DNA of 39,040 bases from Octopus bimaculoides (Eukaryota): the NCBI RefSeq assembly GCF_001194135.2, contig NC_069005.1, forward strand, positions 29,835,199 to 29,874,238, given 5' to 3'. This document shows positions 34,640 to 39,040 of the stretch, piece by piece. Numbering within the stretch: position 1 is the first letter of the stretch; each line of letters begins with the position of its first letter. Made by a program: the position numbers and the translations under genes. A model generated the notes under the pieces. That model was not told where the DNA came from, did not search any database, and was given only the letters and a program-made list of their open reading frames with translations.

Positions 34640-35120
34640 GCAACAGCGGCGGCGGCGGCGGCAGCCAGTTCTGGTTTACACTAGTATAAACTGGATCGAC
34701 CATAAAGAAAGAACTAGTGAGAGAGAGAGGGAGGGAATCGGAAGGGGAGGGAGAGAGAGCGGGAACAAAGAGAGAAGCAGAGGAGGAATAGTAAGAGGGA
34801 GAGGGAAGAAAAGAAACGTCAGAGTGAGCGGGGGAAATAGAGAATGTGAGAGGAACAGCGAGAGAGGGAAAATATATGAAAGCGAGTGAGAGAGAGAGAG
34901 AGAGAGAGAGACAGATGTGACTCAAAAGGTAATTAAATGTCGGTAACCGGCTGAGACCGAGAAAATAGAAAAACAATGAGTCGTGTAAAATGACCAATAT
35001 TGCTAGAAAAGAAAAGTAAAAGAAAGATGTCCATTTTTTTTTCTTTTAATAAGCCAATCCTTAGAGGAAATTAAAATAATACGTATTAAATGAATCAACG
35101 AAAACCTTCCACCACGTGGT
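34640..35120 (-). promoter_or_regulatory. Probable Ran promoter / non-coding first exon
   Basis: The acceptor at 33806 requires an upstream exon. Region has (GCC)n at about 34646-34662, a long GA-rich tract, CCAAT at 34994 and 35054, and CACGTG at 35113-35118. Confidence 0.5.
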
Positions 35121-38100
35121 ATAAGATTTTCCATTACTGTTACTAGACACCATCCACACACACACACACATAAGACCTCGTGTTTGCAGACAATAACCAG
35201 AAATTGAATTTTTTTTCCCCCACTATGTTTTAGATGACGGAGATTCCGGATATGCCATAAACCANNNNNNNNNNNNNNNNNNNNNNNNNNNNNNNNNNNN
35301 NNNNNNNNNNNNNNNNNNNNNNNNNNNNNNNNNNNNNNNNNNNNNNNNNNNNNNNNNNNNNNNNNNNNNNNNNNNNNAAAAAAAAAAATTCATTTTTCAA
35401 GGATAGGTGCGAAACTGCATGAGCCCCGCTTTAAATATCACATTAACATTCAACTACAGGGTAACAGGAAAATATTCACACCATCAACAAATAAATCTGG
35501 CCATAAAAAATGATTTATAATCTTTCTGAAAGTTTGAAGTTTTCTTTGCACATCCGATTTTAAGTTTCCTGCTTACAAGAGACCACCACCAATATATGGA
35601 GCGGGGGATACCTGCATACAACTCGCCTCCTCATCTAACCGGAAGCACTACCAACAACAATGTCGGAACACATGTGCGTTTTTTGATATTTAAAGAAAAA
35701 TCGTTCGAACCAATTTAGAAAGCTCTGCGCGATTGCAACAACCGAGTGGAAATAGCAACCAAATCTCCACTTCAACCGCATCGTTAAAAATCAGATCAGA
35801 ATAGATTATTAGTCTCAAACATGTTCACAGCTAGAATGCCTGACCAGGGGCGTTGTGTGACGACGGTTGACCTGGGGTTAAAGAGACCCTGAAATCGTAC
35901 ATTACTTCACAGGAAGCTCTCCTCCGCAAAGGCGTCCCAATTGTGACTCGGTGTTTTATCAAATACCGTCGAGCATTTGTGGACAATTCTATTGTTTCTA
36001 GGGGTTTCTAAGAAACCACTTATCCTCCCTTGTCTCGGATCACCATCACAGCAGCTCACCGAGGTTACTTTAGTCCTGATTAAATCGATTTCGTCAAGCC
36101 AACTGGCTTTTTAACTAGGTTGCCAACAATTCACACAGCCTTTTCCATAACCGGTTAACATTACGTCAATAAATAACTCAGAACCCACTAATTTTGACAG
36201 GGTTTATCTGTGATTACTATAACCGGTTTCCACATCATGCACAAATATTCACCCCGAGAGATACCCTTAAAACATTTTCCTCGCCCCGTTTTATATTTCT
36301 TGGCAAAATTGCGTACGAGTCTACTATATGCGATTAATACATATTTAATAGCATACAATATACTTGGATATTTGTCAATCTGTATTACCTAACAATACAG
36401 GTATTGCTTACGTGCTACAAGATTTAATATATAATTCTAACAAAGGTTTTCAAAATGGGCAACGGCTTCAACTCATCTCCCGGTTGAGATACGGGCAGTC
36501 TATAGAGAGAATGCCGAAATACGTCCTGTCTATGGTAGGGTATGTATAATGTATTTTAGATATATATGGTTCACAACAAAGAAACCAGCAGGCACAGGCA
36601 GACAGTCTCTAATTCCCGCTTTAACACACTCAAACCGCTTTATTCCAGTTCCATAACTTTAAACTGCCAAATGCCAAAAAGCGGAACAGGTTGCATCGGA
36701 ATAATTCCACTGTGCTACAATCGCCATAAATCGGGAGGGAGTAAAGACATCCTCATCCCTTTTCATAGGTAGGAATTGCATCAGATTCTGGACCTCATGA
36801 TGCGCAACCAACATAAAAAAAACGAATTCGAAGAAGCCACGCGCGAGTTGCTAGAAATAGTGAAATCTTACGTTACATCCTTTTCTTTATAATAAGAAAA
36901 ACACTGCAGGTGGATAATCATAGATAGTGTTTGAAGAGTCAATGGCCAAGAATTCGATTCTACAAGGGGACTGGTTTAAGACCTCGCCAAACAGTATTGA
37001 ACTGCCAAGGAATTAAACAGGCGTAAATTGCCTGGTTTTAATAATTACATTGGGACTATAAAAAAAACCCTAAGTTAACCAAACCCTAATTTTAACCTTT
37101 AATTCTACCAAATTGCAACAATACATTCTAATGGATCGATTGAAAGCTAAATCAGACGTAATAAAGGTTCAAACCCATTTAAATTTTATGTATTCTCATT
37201 ACTTTCAAGAAAATATTTTGGTGGAGATTCCGTAAAAAAAATTAATAAGGGGGGGAAAGGTTCAGATTNNNNNNNNNNNNNNNNNNNNNNNNNNNNNNNN
37301 NNNNNNNNNNNNNNNNNNNNNNNNNNNNNNNNNNNNNNNNNNNNNNNNNNNNNNNNNNNNNNNNNNNNNNNNNNNNNNNNNNNNNNNNNNNNNNNNNNNN
37401 NNNNNNNNNNNNNNNNNNNNNNNNNNNNNNNNNNNNNNNNNNNNNNNNNNNAAACCATCAGCTCTAACTTGATTTGATAACATCTGTGATGACTGCACCG
37501 TCTTTTTTTTTTTGTTCTAATTTAAACTGTCGTGTGAAACATTGAGAACTGCCTTTGCGCCAAATCACCATTATTATCTATTCACCACCAAAGAATTGAT
37601 ATTTGGCGCAAACAGTTTTAATTTTTTGAGGGGTTTTCTCTCTCACTGAAGTCTCAATATCATTGCCTTTTGCCAATACATAGAGCTATCATTTTCCCTC
37701 CCTTTTTTTTTTTTTTGTCATATAAATTATAAAAAGAACTACAAATATCAAGTTACACACAATCTGATAAAGAACAGCCCGGTGTGTGTGTGTGTATATA
37801 TGCACGCACGCACACACAAAATAGCAGCTAAATGGTAATTTCGAAAATGAAGATGCTATGACTAGCGACATCTTTTTCAAATAATCAGCGGATGGAGAAA
37901 TTTTAAACGCCGAGATGTACATGTCCCACTCTAAACTAATCAGTTTAATACAACTGGCAGGGGGAAATGTCCGGTTTAGGGCAAGATCTATATAATACAC
38001 ACAACCCGAAATGTTACCGTCCTCCACTATACATACATATACATACATACACACACACCATGAGGTATTATTGGTGTATATATGTATACACATATTTCCG

Positions 38101-38646
38101 GAAAATAATTGAGAATATGAATAGTGGTTAGGGATAACAAAAAAATCAGGGATGTGGTACTAATCTGTAGTTATGCCTATACGTTTACAGAGAAAAGAAA
38201 ACTGATACCAGACAAATTAATTGAAAACCATGGTTGCCAACTCTCGCGCGCGCAAACATGAATGTACGTGTACTCTGCGTTCTGAACCCAAGGCCGCGGT
38301 CATGCTGGAGCACGTCCAGTATCTTGACCACTTTCTCATGTGATTAACATTTGCTGAATGATGGAGTATCAGATCGCTGTCCTCATCAGTGTGTCTTGCT
38401 GTGATGTAGCCCATATATATATATCTATACACATACATATACACACACACGCAGGTTTTATGACAAAACATTTCTTCTACACAGGAATTTCAATTATATA
38501 ATCCAGAATAATTATGGCAACAAAATCTATGTGCGACATAACATCACCGCATTTTATATATACTTACTCAACACCAGCATTTATATAATTAAATATTTAC
38601 AAATCAATCAATGTTAAAGCGAAAAAGGTCTTCAAATCAAAAATTA

Positions 38647-39040
38647 TCACACATATACACAAACAGGTGAGTATTCACACATCATATATATACACACACA
38701 TCTATACATCACATATATATACACACATCTCTCTCTCTCTATATATATATATATATACACATCACATATATATATATACACACACCTATATATATATATA
38801 CACACACACCTATATATATATATATACACACACACCTATATATATATATATACACACACACCTATATATATATACACACACACACCTACATATATATACA
38901 CACATCTACATATATACACACACATCTACATATATACACACACACATCTATATATATATACACACACACATCTATATATATATACACACACACATCTATA
39001 TATATATACACACACACATCTATATATATATACACACACA
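38647..39040. repeat. Compound (TA)n/(CA)n tandem array
   Basis: Repeated units of the type TATATATATACACACACA(C/T)C running to the window end. Confidence 0.95.

Noticed and set aside
37068-37100. AACCCTAA telomere-like motifs
   Set aside because: Only two isolated units; not a tandem telomeric array.
38330-38400. Minus-strand CTGATGAG...CTGA as a hammerhead or C/D snoRNA
   Set aside because: No GAAA after a stem II, no stem I/III pairing, and no convincing terminal stem or D box.

Overview
Eukaryotic, intron-containing, microsatellite- and SINE-rich DNA with 8 assembly gaps. The repeat families look cephalopod (Octopus-like); this is my recognition, not a database result. Four protein-coding genes were reconstructed by hand with phase-consistent GT-AG junctions: (1) an intronless, intact farnesyl diphosphate synthase (-, 6896-7936, 346 aa); (2) a CDCA3/Tome-1-like cell-cycle gene (+, 3 coding exons, 12454-15912, 449 aa) with a CCAAT + CDE/CHR-type promoter; (3) a C1orf50/DUF2452 homologue (-, 5 exons, 18676-25666, 201 aa); (4) Ran GTPase (-, 6 coding exons, 29727-33786, 213 aa). 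The rest is tRNA-derived SINEs, RTE-type LINE fragments, a small MITE-like hairpin and simple repeats. The most striking non-genic signal is a 155-bp palindrome at 9136-9290. Each arm encodes a minimal type I hammerhead-ribozyme fold with a U4-to-C core variant and a near-palindromic stem III, the dimer-type architecture described for Penelope-like retroelements. Repeat boundaries are approximate (about +/-20 bp); exon coordinates were counted base by base.
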